This document shows positions 62,088 to 64,000 of a stretch of DNA of 64,000 bases, one piece after another. Source of the DNA: Octopus sinensis (Eukaryota); NCBI RefSeq assembly GCF_006345805.1, contig NC_043004.1, forward strand, positions 69,316,001 to 69,380,000, given 5' to 3'. The stretch's first letter is position 1; every line of letters begins with the position of its first letter. Below the pieces are notes generated by a model. It saw only the letters and a list, made by a program, of their open reading frames with translations. It searched no databases and was not told the DNA's origin. The position numbers were made by a program, and so were the translations under genes.

Positions 62088-62492
62088 AGGCGCAGGAGTG
62101 GCTGTGTGGTAAGTAGCTTGCTAACCAACCACATGGTTCCGGGTTCAGTCCCACTGCGTGGCATCTTGGGCAAGTGTCTTCTGCTATAGCCCCGGGCCAA
62201 CCAATGCCTTGTGAGTGGATTTTGTAGACGGAAACTGAAAGAAGCCTGTCGTATATATGTATATTATATATATATAAGTGTGTGTGTTATGTTTGGTGTC
62301 TGTGTGTCCCCCTAGCATTGCTTGACAACCGATGCTGGTGTGTTTACGTCCCCGTAACTTAGCGGTTCGGCAAAAGAAGAGACCGATTAGAATAAGTACT
62401 GGGCTTACAAGAATAGTCCTGGGGTCGATTTGCACGACTAAAGGCGGTGCTCCAGCATGGCCGCAGTCAAATGACTGAAACAAGTAAAAGAG
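62088..62492 (+). mobile_element. SINE family A, full length
   Basis: Head and tail motifs. Confidence 0.95.
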
Positions 62493-63339
62493 TGTAAAGC
62501 GTATATATATGTATGACAGTCTTCCACACAGTCTCTTGTATGCCCAATTCATTCATAAAGTATTAGTTGGCCTGGGGCTATAGAAGAAAAGACTTGTTCA
62601 AGGTGCTGCAAAGTGGGATTGAATCCAAAACCTTGTGGTTGGCTGCAAAGCAAGCTCTTTAACCACACCCACCCATCATCTCCATCACAAACGTCAATGT
62701 TCAGCAACATCTTCATCTCCATAATCTCACGAAACTACTTCCATTCTGCCCTATGAAATATAAACTCCATTGTAAAGACCCAATATTTAAATAATTCTTA
62801 ATATGATCCCTCAAAAAAAGAAACTTGAAAAAAATATCCAACAAAAGAAATAGGGCAAAGAAGAAAAAAAAAATGCTTGTTGGATTCTAAGTGTTTGTAG
62901 AAGATTTATAATTGTTTATTTATAAAACCCTAAAATTAAATTTAGCCAACATATTGGATTGCAATGTTTTCTAATTGTTTTTTTATTTTCTTTATTATTT
63001 TTCTCTTATTTTATTTGTGTGTATTCCAGTCATCTATTATTACTTATTCATAATTTCATACCTCCCACTGATGTGATTTCAGCCCTGCTTTATAAGAGTT
63101 TATTGACATACTTATAAGATTCTAAATTTAATATAAAGTGACATTAAAAGCCATTTCAGAAACCAACCAGCCTTATCTGTTTTTGAAATTTTATCTAATA
63201 CTCCGTCTTTTTTTTTTTTTTTTTTTTTTTTTTCACTTTTTTTCCAAATTCTAATCAAGAAATAGGTCTTTTATTTTTTTTATGTTTGTTTATGGTGTTT
63301 TTCTTTATTATCATTCTTCTTATTATTATTTTTATTATT

Positions 63340-63933
63340 GAAGGTAGCAAACTGGTAAAAGTGTTAGCATGCTGGGCAAAATACTTAGCGGTATCTCGCC
63401 TGTTCCAACGTTCTGATTTCAAATTCTGTCAAGGTCAACTTTGCCTTTCATCCTTTTAGAGTCAATAAATTAAGTACCAGTTATGCACTGGGGTCGATAT
63501 AATTGACTGGTCCACTCCCCCAATATTTCAGGCCTTGTGCCTACAGTAGAAAGGATTATTATTATTATTGAGAGAGCAGTGCATGCCATCATAGTGACAC
63601 TGGGGTAAAATAAACGAAGCCCAGTATACCCATCATGACTACTTGTCACATGCATCATGTCCATGGGGCCCAGTTAGAATTTTCTTCAGGTCGAGTAGCC
63701 GATTCTGCTCAAATGCTCCTTGAATAAGGGTTGTTTAAGGATGCTGAATGAAACATCCATGTTTCCAAAGGTGAATTATTCAAACTCCAAAGACTTCTGC
63801 TCAACACATGGCTGTGATGCTCCCCCACTACCTCTGCTCATGATCAGAGATGTACATATCGTCTATCACCAAAGGACATGTTCAACTGGTTATGGTCAAA
63901 CAACTGACAAGCAAGTCTGTGATATTGAGCAGA
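63340..63933. mobile_element. Family B SINE (+, about 63340-63569) joined tail-to-tail through (ATT)n to a deleted family E copy (-, 63570-63933)
   Basis: GTAGAAAGGATTATTATTATTATTGAGAGAGCAGTGCATGCC junction. Confidence 0.85.
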
Positions 63934-64000
63934 ATAATTATTATTAAGGTGGTGAGCTGGCAGAATCTCACCGCCTTAAGTTTGGCTGAATTGGAATTCT

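Overview
AT-rich, microsatellite-dense animal genomic DNA. The repeat content resembles a cephalopod (octopus-like) genome; this is an inference, not a database result. No host protein-coding gene could be identified with confidence, only a few weak splice-signal exon candidates, mostly on the minus strand. Mobile DNA dominates the window: (i) a 5'-truncated but uninterrupted L1/Tx1-like LINE ORF2 (RT plus CCHC finger, 29078-31153); (ii) dozens of copies of at least four SINE-like families; (iii) internally deleted mariner/Tc1 elements, hAT-, pogo- and piggyBac-like MITEs, a non-autonomous Helitron and RTE remnants; (iv) large tandem arrays (2.9-kb GATA/GACA satellite, 2.1-kb TA/TG microsatellite, 1.6-kb 28-bp VNTR). 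Nearly all long ORFs in the supplied track are artefacts of these arrays. Most notable observations: (1) an 809-bp element at 27415-28223 made of two head-to-head, circularly permuted partial copies of a ~470-nt unit, each carrying an intact type I hammerhead ribozyme, consistent with a retrozyme/Penelope-type multimeric or circular RNA template; (2) three further unrelated hammerhead loci, one with a U3-A8 core covariation; (3) a SINE subfamily sharing its 3' tail and AGAA(T/G)T insertion context with the Tx1-like LINE, suggesting a LINE-SINE partner pair formed by tail swapping.
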